Source: the human T2T-CHM13v2.0 reference genome, Homo sapiens
Assembly (NCBI RefSeq): GCF_009914755.1
Contig: NC_060925.1
Length of the DNA: 64,000 bases
Reading direction: 5' to 3' (one strand)
In this document: positions 37,260-52,521 of the stretch, in pieces
How the letters are laid out: the number at the start of each line of letters is the position of its first letter
Position numbering within the stretch: position 1 is the stretch's first letter
The notes under the pieces: model-generated
What the model saw: only the letters and a program-made list of their open reading frames with translations
What the model was told of the DNA's origin: nothing
Database searches by the model: none
Program-made: the position numbers and the translations under genes

Positions 37260-38930
37260 AGGGAACTCAGTGAATAGGAGGATATATGAGAGTTCAATTT
37301 GTCTAAAATACTTATTGATCATCTATGATGGGCTATATGCCATACTATTAGCTATGGGTGGACAAAGACAAATCAGTTTTACTCCCTGTTTTCTAGAAAT
37401 TCACAATATAATAAGGACAATTGAATAGACACAGGATGCAGGATGTTCTCAGCAAGACAAAAATATAAGAGTATATGTCAAGTGAAAGTATCTCTGACCA
37501 GGAGCCCCTGGAAAAAGGTGACATTTGAGCTGGGTATAAGATAAAAAGGAAGGGTTCATTAGGAAGAGAAGTTGGAAAAGGGCATTGTAGGAGTGGGAAA
37601 CACTAAGTTCATGGAAGGGTAAAGATTGTGAAAGGAGCTGGCCCTATGAGAGAGGCTGAATGTGAGTGGAGGATAGGAAGCATGGATTGGAATAGAAGGA
37701 AACAAAGGAGGAGAGAGAGCATTGGATCAACTTGTGAGGGTTCTTGTAATTCAAGCTAACAATTTGGACTTTGTCATGCAGGCCAGTGCTTCTCATCTGG
37801 AAGTGACTTTTACTCCCCTCCCTGCTAGGAGATATTTGGCAATGTTTAGAGACATTTTGAATTGTTGCAAAGGAGGAGGTACTATTGGCATCTAGTAGGT
37901 AAAGGTCAGAGTGTTAAACATCCTTCAATGTACAAGACAAGACCCCACAACAAAGAATTATCTAGTCCAAAATTATCTTGTTCAAAATTATCAGGTCCAA
38001 AGTGACATTGTTGATAAATCTTGATACAGGTAATGTACAAGGGGTTTAAAATTAGGAGACCGACATTGACATCTTTATTTTTAGAAATATACCTCTTTGG
38101 TGGGTTGTAGTAGGAAGAGGCTTAAATCAGGCAAACTTTTGATGAGGGGTGGCCATTTATTGAAGGCTCATTGTGTGTGAGGCAAAACCCTGAGAACATT
38201 AGAATCATTAAACATTAAACTTACTGCACAAAATAATGTCATGAGAAGATGTAGATACGTGATTTAAGCATCTCAATCAAGGATACCCAGCAAGAAAGCA
38301 GCCAAGTTAGGATTTAAACCCTGATTTTATATGCCTGTGTCCCTTGCCACAGTATCCTGCCCCTGTAGCATAACTATTCAGGTAAGAGATGAAGGCTGAA
38401 TTCTCAGAATAAGAATGGCAATAAAAAAAAGCCAGATCTGAGAGACATATCAAGTAGACAATCAACAGGATTGAGAAGACATTTGATGTAGGGGATAAGT
38501 AGACTAGGCTGAGGACCCTAGGTTGACACTGAGGTTTCTACATAGATAAGATTAATGATAAAATATTTTATGATGAAGCCTTCACTACTATCAAGGTCAA
38601 ACAAAATTATCCCCTCAAAGTGCACGAGAAATTTTTGAGGAGGTGATGAGAAGTGATAATGGGGCGGTGAAAGAGCTGATAATGGAGGCGGTAAGGAGGT
38701 GATTTCTGGATATGCTGATGTTGTGGTGCCTATGCAGCATGAAGGTAGGGACTGCATGATACTTTAGGGTAGGTTGTGGAGCAAGAGATGAGTGTTTGGG
38801 ATCAATTAGTCTACAGGTAGTCGTTGAAACCATTGTGAAACCCATGCGAATGCCCAGGGAAAGTAGGTAGAACAAGAAGAGAAAAGAACCAGGGAAAAAT
38901 CTTGGGGAATTCTTAAGGCACACTCAAGGC
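37260..38930 (-). mobile_element. Degenerate L2, interrupted by MER20 and MIR
   Basis: GGTGACATTTGAGCTGGG, TTTGGACTTTGTC, TTCAGGTAAGAGATGA, GATCTGAGAGACAT L2-like motifs. Confidence 0.6.
37784..38025. mobile_element. MER20 hAT transposon
   Basis: CAGTGCTTCTCA...ATTTGGCAATGTTTAGAGACATTTT...GGCATCTAGTAGGTA...CCCACAACAAAGAATTATC. Confidence 0.8.
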
Positions 38931-39044
38931 AGTAGGGAGAGGACTTGGAAAATCCTTTTGTTTATTTCACATATTGATCTAGGAATCTATATCTGTATCT
39001 ATATCATCTATTCCTATTTATGTCCTTTCAATGACATATAAACA

Positions 39045-39118
39045 TTATCTATGTATCTATCTATCTATCATCTATTAATATCTATCTGTCATCTGCCTAT
39101 CCATCCATTCATCCATCC
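39045..39118. repeat. (TATC)n/(TCCA)n microsatellite
   Basis: directly visible. Confidence 0.85.
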
Positions 39119-40985
39119 TTCAATGGTAGGTTCATGGAAGAGGGAAAGGACAGTCCAATAAGAACTCACACATTCCTCTGAAAATGGTCTTAATTTCTGT
39201 AGCATTAAGAGTGGTATCCTGGCTAAGTATGTACTGGTATACTGAATCTTACTGCTGGCCATTGCCCTATAGTATGGTGCAGGTAACTGAGGAGGCCAGC
39301 TTGTAGTACATTCACCCAAGGAAATGAATGTGTTCAAGTGACACAAAGTTTAGTAGAGGGGATACTCAAGTCTCTGCACGTGGAAAGAGATTTCCTGCTG
39401 TAGAGAACTAAGTTGCTATCTAACAATTCATTCACTGAAAATGAATAAACTGTTTTCATTATTAAGCCATTAATGGTAAAAAGTTCAAATAAAATTATTC
39501 CCTTGAAGTGCCCAAGAAATTCTTGAGACACAAATCATAGATCATTAATTATGATCCCCTTCAGAGAGTAAAACTAGGTTTTGACTTAAAAGGAAAGGTA
39601 ATTAAAATCAAGGAATTGGAAATTTTTCAGCTGGAAAATTGCTCTGAATCACTGGTGTCAAGGGTTAGTTTGTGCCTCAATGTTTTATACAATTTCATAC
39701 TCACCTAGATAGGTATTTATGTCTAAACACACACAAATATGTGTTAGTGCACAAAAGCATTAACACCAGTCTCTGTCATTGCGTACATTGCATGCTAAGT
39801 CAAGCACATGTCTAGCAGAAGTCTAAATAGCTGATCCCAAAATGAAACGTTCAACAAAATAATTGTTTTGTTGGAGAGGAGTGGGACTGATGGGGCAGGT
39901 AGTCTTTGATGTCAAACAATCAGCTGATTTGTTTTTAATATATTTTTAGTGGCACATTGAGAAGTCAAACCAATATGTTGAAAATGGAAAATTCAACCAA
40001 GTACTTTCAGCCTATGTGGAGAGAGGCTCATTTTGTGAAAAGACCCACTAAATTAAGTTGTATATTTAAGCACAGTTCTTCCCACGAAAGTCTCGGTACC
40101 ATCACCAAAGCAACAAGGTAATCAGGCTTGATAATGGTTATCAGGCAACCAAAAAAATCAAAACTCCACTTATATTTTCATGACATTTGTACCTTTTATG
40201 TATCCACGGCTGAGTAGGCCAATAAAAGCAGGACACCTCCTGAGACCAAACTCAAAAGTATCCTAGTGTATGAGAGGAGTGAGCCTCAGAAACAGATCAC
40301 TAGAAAGTGAATTCTTCTTCAGTAAAGACAATCTTAGCTAAAATTAAGTCAAAATGAACATGCATTCATGTTATATTCAAGGAAATGTTACTAGAATTGT
40401 TTCTACTACAACTCCAATGTCCTGGACTCAAACATAAATCTATTTCAAAATAATGTTATTTAATATTTCCTATACAATAAGAAGAGCACACACAATATCA
40501 CAAAAGTTGCTATTAAAATATAGTCAGCAGTCTATGTATTGATTTGTTATATAGGGGAGGAAGGGATTTCTCTTTGAGAGGAAATAACATCTGGAAAGAC
40601 ATCAATTTACCAAAGGAAAAAAAAAAGATTAATTTGCATGATAATAGCAGAATTTCTTAGGCTGAAAAATCTGCATTCAGGGAACTTCATGGTACTTGGG
40701 TTTTGTCCTGAAACAGTGGATGTCCATGTGTTTTACTGTATACCAGGTAGCTTTCCAATAGAAAGAAATGAAAATACCATTCCTAAAAGTAAATTTAAAC
40801 ATTCACCTTTCAGAAGACAGAAACTGCTTTTTTTGTTTTTGTTTTTTCCTTCTGGAGATAGATCTTTTGTTTATTTCTTTTTTTGGTTGTGTAACACCGT
40901 GGTTAAAGCAAATAAGCAAATAAACACAAATCAGTGTTTCATCCAGGGTCACTATGTATTTTATTTTTTTAATTCTAGAGTCTGC

Positions 40986-41260
40986 CTTCTCTCTCTTCCT
41001 CTCCTTCTCCTCCTTTTTCCTCTTTCTCTCTCCTACCCCCTTCTCCTTCTCCTCTCCTTTTTCCTTCTTCATCTGCTTCATTTTTCTCTTCCTCCCCAAC
41101 TTCTTTTTCTCCTTTCTTCCTTTTTCTTTTCTTTTCCCTTCTCCTCCTTCCCTCTTTCTCCCTTCTTCTCCCCTCCTCCTGGACCTCCTTCCTCTCTCTC
41201 TCTTTCCCCTTCCCCATCTCCTCCACCTTTTTCCTCTTCCTGTTTCTCTCCTCCTCCTTC
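40986..41260. repeat. CT-rich polypyrimidine low-complexity tract
   Basis: ~275 bp almost purely C/T on the plus strand. Confidence 0.95.
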
Positions 41261-41517
41261 CAGTCACAGCCACAATTCTGGTTGTCTGGCTAAGGTGATC
41301 CCCTCTTACTAAACTCCTAGGTGAATGTTGCATGTTATATGAAGTGTTGGTTGAAAGACTCAGGTTTCTGTGCCAGGGCACAGTTTGGTCTGGGACATGG
41401 GTGAGTGGATGGACCCAGGAAGGCATTGAGCATAGGGCCAGTGGGGTGTGTCATGGTCTGACTCAATATAGTTAAAGAAAAAAAAAAGAAAATAGCTTGG
41501 TAAAGACTGAATTGGAC

Positions 41518-41520
<3 letters not shown>

Positions 41521-41550
<30 letters not shown>
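41521..41550. repeat. poly(T)30
   Basis: directly visible. Confidence 0.97.
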
Positions 41551-44020
41551 CAGCAAGCAACACACAGTATTTGGAGCAAGGCATTTAAAGACCGCAAAGG
41601 CAAAAGCTTTGTTTCTTCCAGATAATTTTCTTTGGCTATCTTCTTTCACTCTTATAATCCCCTATTCATATCTCAGTTACAGAACTCTTCACATTGTTTA
41701 GCAAGGATCTGTGTTTTTCATTCCTCAAACTCATCAATGACAGGTGTATTTACCTAACATATATACCTGGCAGGTATATTTCACCTAATACAAAGCTGAT
41801 ACCCTATCATTTTTAAAACAAAGTCACGAAAACATTGTATTGAGTCAGCATCATGGAGTATAGAATTTTTTGAAAATTTGCAAAGGTTTATATGAGCTTA
41901 AGCTTACTATTCTGTCGTGTTTGATTAGGAAGGAGGTGCTGTGTATGATCTTGTGTTTTCCAGTCACTTGTGCCTCCTGAGACAATTATATTGTTGGGCA
42001 ATATTGCTGTCCTCCAGGGTGGTGCTTGCAGCTGAAATTTGACACTTACCTACTGTAAGATTCACTAGTAGCATATGCAAATGTTTGCTTTCAGGTAAAC
42101 TTAAAGGACCAATTCTGCTTGTGCTGAAAAACAGCAATAGATACTTTCTTCCAGAAGGCAGAGCAAATCTCCATGTTGTCGGCCTGTTGGACAGAATTAC
42201 CAGAGATAGGCTTTCCTAAGATAGGTCATCCTTAGCAATTCCTTCTTCTTTCAACCTCTGGAAAAGTGCAAACAACTCAAACACATTCAAGGAGGATGCC
42301 CCTTTCTGAGACACATTTAGAAAAACAAAGGCCTCCACAAAACACCTTTGAGAAATGTGTTTTCTCAAACAATTACTTATTTTGACTATGTGGTACTTTC
42401 TAGATGTTTTATGATCAAATGTGAATGATTGTTCTTGGAAAAAGTAGCTGTCTGATGTTTCAATTTTTTTTTCCTCCTCTATACTTATTTGCTGTGTAGA
42501 CACAACCTTGGTGAAACCTGTTTGATTAGGTAACACAAAGGAAATCTTCAGATGTGGTGGAGCCCCCACCCATCCTTACCCAAATTTCCTAGTGGAATTT
42601 TGGAAAGCATTGATGACCTTTCATAAATGTACCACGCCTCAAATTCTTATTTTTCCATTCTGTGAGCAGTTTTTTCTTTCTGACCCTGTTCTCCATCAAA
42701 GCAAACCAGACAACTTCAGGTACTTCCCTTAAATACTTTAGCAGCTGGACTTTAGCACCTAGATCAGAGTAAGCAAGATTACCTTTCATGTGTTCTCATA
42801 AGCCACTGATTTTGATTAGTCTGAGGAAATGTACAAATGACTTCCAGCTGAAGCAAGCTTCATCCCTATCCAACTGGCTCAAGTTGGGGAAAGCTTCCTG
42901 TTGGCTCCTTGAACAGACCTACTGCCTTCTGACCAGGTCTTTGTTGGAGTTCAGGGAGTAGTAATGTGAGGATACGCCCTTCTTATTCAACCACCGGAGA
43001 GGGGATTCAGATAATTAAGGCCTCTAGTGTCTTTCCAACACTAGACAGATGCATTTTCTGTCATTGTGGAATATAAATAGAGCTGGGAATGCCTGTATAA
43101 CAGGACATTATAGCTAATTTTTCCTCTCTGATGGGTTGCCAGTACTTTGAAAATAAGTTCCCCTGCTCTTTCACAAAAAAGCATCCACAATTCAGTTGAT
43201 ATTTGGGTTGAAGAATCATAGTGGTCCTCATTTTACAAAGTCATTGCTCCTGATTAAGAGAGCCACAGTAACCTGCCAAATACCCACCTCCTTCTGCTGC
43301 TTTTGGACCTGCATGTCTCTCCTTCAGCTAAGTCTGGAAATTTTCTTTTTCACAATTTTGCCTACAAGAAACTGTAGAGTAACTATAGGCCCATTCTTTT
43401 TAAGGGACTCTTTTGAGTCCCTTTGGGATTATTAAGCAGTTAAAAGTCAAACTCTCTGGGTAATGGAATTGGGTTGGAATTGATCATAGGATGCAATTCT
43501 TGGATATAGATGAAAGTATGACTTCGTTTAATTTACTACCATCCCCAGAAGTGTCAGTGTACAGTGGGAATAAGCAACATGGTAGTGCAACTAGAATCAT
43601 TACATGGGATCCTGAGAAAGCCTCTAATATTTTAATTTGCTTTCGGGCAGTGTCTTATTTACCCTCATTGAATCTCTTCAATAAGAATTAGGTAATCTCA
43701 TTTCCCAAGCAGACTGCATTTTGCTTATTTATCTCACTGAATATCATGTGTTGAGTATTTTCTTGAATACAGCAATAAACTTTGGGAAAGCATCAGTCAA
43801 CTTTATTTGGCATCATATTTACATTGTTACCTGATTAGAGTGACTCTAAGTTATGCAGCATTTGCAAATGAAACCCATGATGAGTATATAAAAGAACCAC
43901 AGAATATTAGAGCATGGATGAAATTTAGAAATCTATTGTAACTTCTTCACTTCACTGTCAAGAAAACTGAGTCCCAGGGAAATAAATGGACATACCAAAT
44001 ATCTCTGAAGAAATTAATGG

Positions 44021-44577
44021 TGAAGAGAATGAGAATATGCCACTCCAAAATATGCTGCTTTGGCATGTGGTTTATTTTAAAATGAAGGCAATTGAGAACC
44101 AACAGATGCAGAAAGACAGCTTCTTGGAGCTTCCCTTATCTAACTAAAAATGAAAAATTCCAAGAAATGAGAACTGTGATAAATCCTGTCTGTGGGGGAG
44201 TTTTATGGCCGTAAACTCACTGAGATGGCTTTGCACAGGCAAACCTTATGAAAATAACCCTCATCTTCCATTAGTTTCCCCATATACTTACCTTCTTACC
44301 ATCTGCCAGCCTTAGAAATTCAATTCCCCATCCTCTTTCTTTCATCTGGTTGCTTCTCTATAATTTATCACCCTTTGTTAAAATGGTATATAAGCTTCTG
44401 AGTCTAACTGCTACTTTGGACATTTACTTCTTCCTGTGAAGCCCTTGTTCATGTTAAAATAATTATATCAATAAAGAAACACATTCCTTTTCCCTTCTTA
44501 ATTGTCTCGTCAGTTTAATTTGCAGGCCTCATTCACTAAACTAGGAGGGTAGAGAAAAAGTACTTTCCTCCTATATA
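44021..44577 (+). mobile_element. MER34-family LTR inserted in a MIR
   Basis: TGAAG...GAATATGCCACTCCAAAATATGCTGCTTTGGCAT...TATATAAGCTTCTG...AATAAA...GGGTAGAGAAAAAG. Confidence 0.75.
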
Positions 44578-45263
44578 GTAGAAAAGTTAAGACTAAGACT
44601 CCTTGTGTTCATCTTTTGATTTTGTTTGGTACCTAAAAAAATGAAAACCAAGGTTACGTTCTATTTATAAAACGTTCTTAATACATCACAATATTTACCT
44701 GTCACTTTATATAATTTTTTATATTCTTCTGATTCTTGTTAAGAAAGGTTACAGGAGCAAGGAGAATAAAGGAATTTAATTAAGACTGGGTCTACTTAGA
44801 ATTATTGAGGTTACTATTTTGTTTACGTTGACAAGAATATTCACATATTGATAAACTCAGGAAAATAAATGCCAATTGACCTGTTTTTTTGGTTTTCATT
44901 TTTCTCCCTCTGAACTGACAACAATTGTTTAAACAAATACATACAGTATAGTGTGTAAAAGCTTGAGGTTTAGAGTCATACGGTTCTGGGTTAATCCAGT
45001 GATTTATTACATAAAGGCTGGTTATGAGAGCTTTGACAATATTATTTTTAGTCTGTATTGACCCAGCAGATAAATTGCTTGATGGTCCTGAAATCTCAAT
45101 CTGATATTTATGTTAGTCCTTGGAAAAGCTGCACTGTTCCTGGAGCTTAATATACGTGATTGTTGAAAATCCAACAGGGATAAGGTAGAGTGAGCCTCAA
45201 TGCTTGGTTTTCTGCTTTCTTCAGTGAAAACCAGCCTATACTCAGTGAAAGTTCTGTATTTTT

Positions 45264-45266
<3 letters not shown>

Positions 45267-45314
<48 letters not shown>
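45267..45314. repeat. (AT)n microsatellite, about 24 units
   Basis: directly visible. Confidence 0.97.
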
Positions 45315-45318
<4 letters not shown>

Positions 45319-47101
45319 AACTAGAGCAAGAAGTTGATAGAATCCTTTTGGTACTGCACAGCAGAAAAAAAGCTGACTTGAGAAGGCCTGCACTGCTTAT
45401 TTATGTATGAAGTTTAATGCTAAAAGGTGCCATTAAAGGTGAAGACCACATCTAGTGTCAAAGCGGTAAAATCTTAAACATCCCTAATGACTGCTTTTAA
45501 GTCATTGCTATTTCTTACAAAAACAAACCACTGCTAGATTAAGTGTGGGGCACTCACTTTACAAATGATATCAGTCATCTGAATTTCTCCTTATGGAACT
45601 TCTGCCAAGTTCAGACTCTTTGCCAAGGATGATTTAACCATTCAGAGTGTCAAACTGACCTTGTGCATAAAGGAGGGGGTGGGGAGAAGCCTAATTGCCT
45701 GAGCATCATTTTCTCATATTCTAAAATATTGAGGAGATTAAACCATAAGTTTGACTACCTTTCTTCAACACTGTAGTTGGAACCTACACGCTACATAGTT
45801 GCACTATTGAAACTGTGCTGGAGGACTTTCTAGCTTTCACATATTAAATCAAACAATTACTTTTGAGAAACCTTTTAGAGAATAATGAGAGAAAACAGAG
45901 ACAGGTAAATAGAGTCCAGAGTTGGCAAAATTAAATATGGTGGTCATTTAATCGTAGGTGTCTGCTTATGGTGTGTATTTTTACTGCCCTGAAAACTATT
46001 AGGCTGCAGTGGTAGGTCTGTGTTATAGGGAATCAAATATTGTCTGAGTCATGAGTCCACAGTTTTGAATGCATTCAAAAACAAGGTCGTAAGTCCTTCA
46101 ACACAAGTAAGCACAAATAATTAGTTTTAAACGCTTCCTGACCACTCTGCTATGAGACTGGTAGATAAAATTGTTGCAGATCTAATGCGAACAAACTTTG
46201 CATCATCATTAAAGTAATTGAAAGTGCTACCTAATCATCATTGTCATTAAACCCTCCCCTTTTATTCTGAATAGAATTGCATGTTATAGTTTCGGCTAAA
46301 GGGTTCTTAAAATACTTTGGAAATGAATTGTTCTTTATATTGTAGTAATTAGTGCTTTTGTGGGTTGGGGTAGGAGGGTAAGTCTTACTGAGTTTAACAA
46401 CACATACTCAGAAGAAGCTCTCCTTTTCAAGGCACAGAGGGTGGCCTAAACAAAAACTACTCTGCATGAAGAAGCAATTAGTGGTAAGTAAAATTCATGA
46501 GAATCTCTCACTCATCCAAACTGTTTTACAACTCATATGGAAACAACTTTTCTATCTAGGTGGGGCATTTGCCGATAAAACTCGTATTCCTGCTTTTGAG
46601 GTCTCAGTTTGTTGGATTACACATGATGTTGGTTTTCCCACTATTTCTGGCCTCCCACAAAGCCCGTAGAAGTCCCAAGGAGATGTGTGAGACAATTCTA
46701 CAAACTATCAGTAGTAGTGTAGGTCCATTTCATGAACATCAACTACAAGTCAGGTACTGTTTCACATGTTATCAAATTTAATTTATTCATGCCATTCTCA
46801 TGAGGAAGATTTTAACTCTATCTACCAACTGGACTGAAAGAGAATTCAAGTGTATTATTCAAGATTGTGCAACAATTACTGTTTGGCAGAAGTGAGGTTT
46901 AAACTCAGTCCTGCCTCACTCCAAAGCCCAGTTTTCCACTACAACATTCTGTTCATGCTTGTCTACACTTGTCCACATCTTTTGATTTTTTTTACCACCT
47001 TGGTGGTATAGGTGGCTGTTACTTACTATTTTCTTTCACTATGTCTTATTTACTTCTGAGAATTTAGAAGGAGCTGTGGAATCTTTCACTGGAGGTTTTT
47101 A

Positions 47102-47427
<326 letters not shown>

Positions 47428-50400
47428 ACTAGTTTGGAAGAATGCCTTGAATGCAGTCCTGCTCAGAAGCTACTTTGTGAGTCTGTGATTCCAGGAACTG
47501 CCAGTAAATGTAGCACTCATTAAATCATTCATTTACTCATTCAATTTTAAGTTGCTTGGTAGAAGAGAGGTTTGAAAACTGAATTAAATATAATCACTGC
47601 TAAAAAAAAAAAAAGGTAGTCACTGGTATATGCTACATTTACTGGACAAATTAATTGTCTTTCTTAGGTTCTAAATGTGATTTTCAGGAGACCTTGAGGG
47701 AAAAGGTTAAAAATATTTAGCTATGTCATTTTTGAATATCAGGAAGATCTAATATTTGGACAGGAGTTTTAGAAGTTCTGAATCTGCAAAGCTCCTGAGC
47801 ATTTCAGTTTTGATTTTTTTTCTTTGCATTCTTCTTGATCTACATGTTCTAACACTGCTTTGTTTATTTTAGTGCTGAAAGAGTTTGCAACTTGTAGTTT
47901 ATACTGCTCAAAGCCACTTTGGATAGTCTTCTCCTAGTCGAAGGACAAAATTATGCCCAGGGGCAAAACAGTAAAACAGGTAAAGTTTATCCTTGGCATC
48001 ATCCTAAACTGTCTGGATTCCCACTCTTAGTCTTTTTAATTCATTTCTATTACTAATGCCCAACAGTGTCATAATTCTTCATCTTCTATCCAGGGTAAAA
48101 GTATTCAATAAATTCATTCATATTACAAGATTACTAAATTAATAATACACTTTCCAGAAATCTTTTTTTATCTTAAAAGAGAAAATCTAAGGAGAAGATC
48201 AATAATTATTTCAAAGGTATAAATGATGGATTGTAGCAGGTAAACGCTTTGAGTGTTAGTGTATGTGTCTTTAAATTTCCTCCCTTTGGGAAGCTGTACT
48301 TCTACAGAATGCCAGGGAGAGGCATGTGAGCCAGGTGGGCTAATGATGGGTGCTTCATCTCTTTGGCAATAAAAATTAGCTCAAGGTTTCTGTGCTTGAG
48401 CCATCTAAGCCCAAAGTCCTTTCTTGGAATCAATACAGGGATGGAGGAAAAGAATTGTTCTTTCTGTTGGGATTGCTAAAACAGGTAATTATGAGGATGA
48501 AGTGCCTGGACAATCATTGTTGGCCTGTAGAAGAAGCTCCTCTGCAGTCAAAAAACAATAATGATAAAGTCAACACATAGTGAGAAGAGCTGTGAGATGG
48601 AGAGACAGCTCTGGTTTGACATTATGACTCCTTCAAGCCAAATTAACTACAACTGAAATTAGATTTAAACATACTGTGCAAATGGTGTGTGTATGTGTGC
48701 ATGTGTGTGTGTGTGCACTCACGTGTGTGGTGTGTATGTGTTATTCACATAATCCCTTCCTTATGTAGAACCACATTTCTCCCATCAGTGCCAGGAATAG
48801 ACGTGTGAATTGGGATAGGCAGGCATCTCAGTTATGGTGAACTGTAAGGCACCAATTTCCACCCTACTTTTTGGCAGTTGGGGTGGAGCTTGAACTAGGT
48901 CGACTTAAGTTTTTTTTGATACTTGGAATCAGCAGTCCTGACTCATTAATTAACAGTAGGGTTTAAGATATTTTTGAGGGAGATATTTTTGAGTGGGTTA
49001 TTTTTCTGTTGCCCCTCTCTCCTACCCTGTGAATGTTGATTTGTTGATGGTTTTGAATAATAATATCTTGTTGACATTGCAACTTGCCATTATTTTCTGA
49101 TAAGCAGCTGTGATGTGGTCTCACTCTTTCTTTTTCTGCTGGTGTTTTCGATAGGATTCAATTCAATTCAGTTTGAGTCAATTTTTTCAGTTTAATTCAT
49201 CTGGACTAGGTGCTCAGTGAGGCTCTTTTCTGGAAGGTAACCACTTTGCATTCCAACAATTATTCCACTTATAGAGGCCTAAAAATATGAGCCAATATTT
49301 CAGATTTTGCATGACAATCTATGCATCTTTTAGGTAAATCTGTTGAGCGCTGATAAAAATCAATGACTTGCCTCTGTTTTACCTTTAAAGCAATTCTGAA
49401 ATCTTTCATAAGTAGAAGATAGGATTGGTGATTACAAGCTGATACTTGAAAAATTCACTGACAAGACAAAGATTATTTACATTGATATTTCTTATCCTGG
49501 GTGGTCATATAACTTTTCTTTCAAACATCACTGTCAATACCCTGATTAATGAAAGACTACAAACATGAGATGAAAGTATCAATCCTCTGTTTCACGTTAA
49601 GACTATATTTATTCTAAGTGATTATAACTGTACATTTATTTATATGAGTATGCCAACACATAATTCTTTTAAATAGAATCTATAAGTGGCTATCATAACC
49701 ACCCTAGTTAGATATCACATGGATTCCAATGGAAGAAAAGACAAAACTGGTGGGACTTTCATAACTTTCTATTACTGCTCACTTCCTTTTTTATTTTCTA
49801 ATATGACTTTGTTTTGGCTCCCATATTGTTGACATTGAGTGTGACTAAGCCTTTTCACTGAGGACCTTCTGTTCTCCTAGTCACTGCCTTTTGCTTTCCA
49901 CCTGGGAGCTGGGGTCATCTTTCCACTTCCAGGGTGACTCTGGGTTCACAGTGAAGGGTCCTGGGTGGGAGGTTCTGATCGTGAGGGCAGGCCTGCCCAA
50001 AGGTCACTGCTGCTGTTGTAGGCACCAGGTCAATATCCCCAGCATGTCAACTGAGGACTTTCTCACATTTGCTTTTATTATAAAGCCATCTTGAGTGGAA
50101 CAAACTCTATAAAATCAGCTAGCTGAAAAGTAAAAAATTCAGGCAGTCAGCTGATCCTTCTGCCTGCAGATCAGCAAATAACCATTGCGAGTGATGGCTT
50201 TTTCAAGATTACTTTGGATTGAAGCTATATATTCTGTAACAAAACCCAGCATGCTTGCTTTGATTAGCTTGATTGGCTAACAAAGTCATATGGAAAACAA
50301 AATGCATTTTTTTGTATTGACTTAAATGAAAATAACCTTCACCTTTTTTGTGACTGATTTGAATCCAATTTAATCTTGATGTTGTTCATAACCTAAGTGA

Positions 50401-50430
50401 GATTCATTGATGATAAGAATTACGTAAGTA

Positions 50431-50749
<319 letters not shown>

Positions 50750-51627
50750 TTACTTAAGCAGTAAGATTCTTTAACAAGAGAAAAATTTTTTATAGCCTCA
50801 ATTGAAGACTAACTTTCTTAATCAGCTGTACATTAGACTGTGACTATAAATATAAATTACATTAGTTCCTTTGGTTAAAATGACTTTCATATATGTGAGA
50901 AAAACTCAAGGACTAGCTTTAGTTAAACACTATTTATTTTCCCATCTCCAAAATGACAATCACTAGCAGTTAAATTGTAACTTTTAAATGAATTATTTTG
51001 ACTTTACAAATACACAGGTTTATGCATAGAAATCTGGCTTTTCAAATGACTGAATCAAGTTGACTGGTGATCATTAATGATGATGCTTGAAAAAAAAAAA
51101 CAACTGGCTATCCAAATGATACATCCAGTAAATTAAGCATGGAATTATGAAAAATGCTATGCTATAGTTTAATGGGGTATTATGGCATAAAAAGTGTGAA
51201 ATGTGGCTTTTGACATCAATCAATTTATAATCTACTTAAGAAGGACTTGTACACACACATACACACACAAACACACACACAAGATAGTTTCTAAATGCCA
51301 AGTAAATGTTGCAGTCAGAAGTGCAGAGAAGTTCGAAAGAAGGAGCAGTCCCAGAGGGCTAAGGTGACCAGAAACTTGAATTGAAGTTTAAAGGATAAAA
51401 CAATTAATATAATTGAAGAGGGAGAAGGAAATGCTAAAGGAAAAAAATCATAAAATAAGCCTTTATTCCCCTTACAGTGCAATTGTAGCAATATTAGAAA
51501 TGTAAGGAAGCACACGGTTTTAATAAAAAGTTAGAAAAATGACCTGATGTCTCTGATTGAATCTACATTATTTATAATATTTTTCTGTGCATATTCTGTA
51601 AAACAAATTAACAAGCTATTCAATTAG

Positions 51628-51957
<330 letters not shown>

Positions 51958-52521
51958 TCTGATTATTTATTGATATATAATAAATTTCCCCCAAATTTAG
52001 TGGCTTAAAGCAACAATAGATATTTATGATCTCTGATGGTATCTGTGGGTCAGGAATGTGGGAAAGACTTGGCTAGGTGGCTGTGCCTCAAGGTGTCTCA
52101 TGTGGCAGCTGGCAGATGTTGGCTGGAGTTGGAAGAGCAGTGGTGAAGAAAGCTGAAGATGCTGGAGGTTTGCCAGGCACTTCTCCTGGATTCGCAGAGC
52201 CTCTCCATGTGGTCTTTCCACAGAGGTTCCATTGGGCTTCCTCAAAGCATAGTGGTCTCAGGACAGTCAGACTATAGATGTGGCTGCCAAAGGCTACAGG
52301 AGTGAGTATCAAGCAGTATAAAAGCTTCCTCACATGCCTTTTATGACCTAGCACTGGAAGTCACATGGCAGCTCTACCACCACTCAGTCACATTGTGTCC
52401 AGTCTCTAGGGAAAGGGACATAGACCCCATCTCTCCACATCAAAGTCCAGTTGTAAGAAGAGGATGCAGAATGGAATATATTTATGGTGGCCATAATTTT
52501 GGAAAAATATAATCTGCCACA
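51958..52521 (-). mobile_element. MaLR LTR (MLT1F/G/H-like)
   Basis: TTTAGTGGCTTAAAGCAACAA...CTGTGGGTCAGGAAT...CTCTCCATGTGGTCT...AATCTGCCACA. Confidence 0.75.

Noticed and set aside
40638-41649. ORFs of 224, 207, 114 and 104 aa
   Set aside because: Products of the CT-rich and poly-T low-complexity tracts
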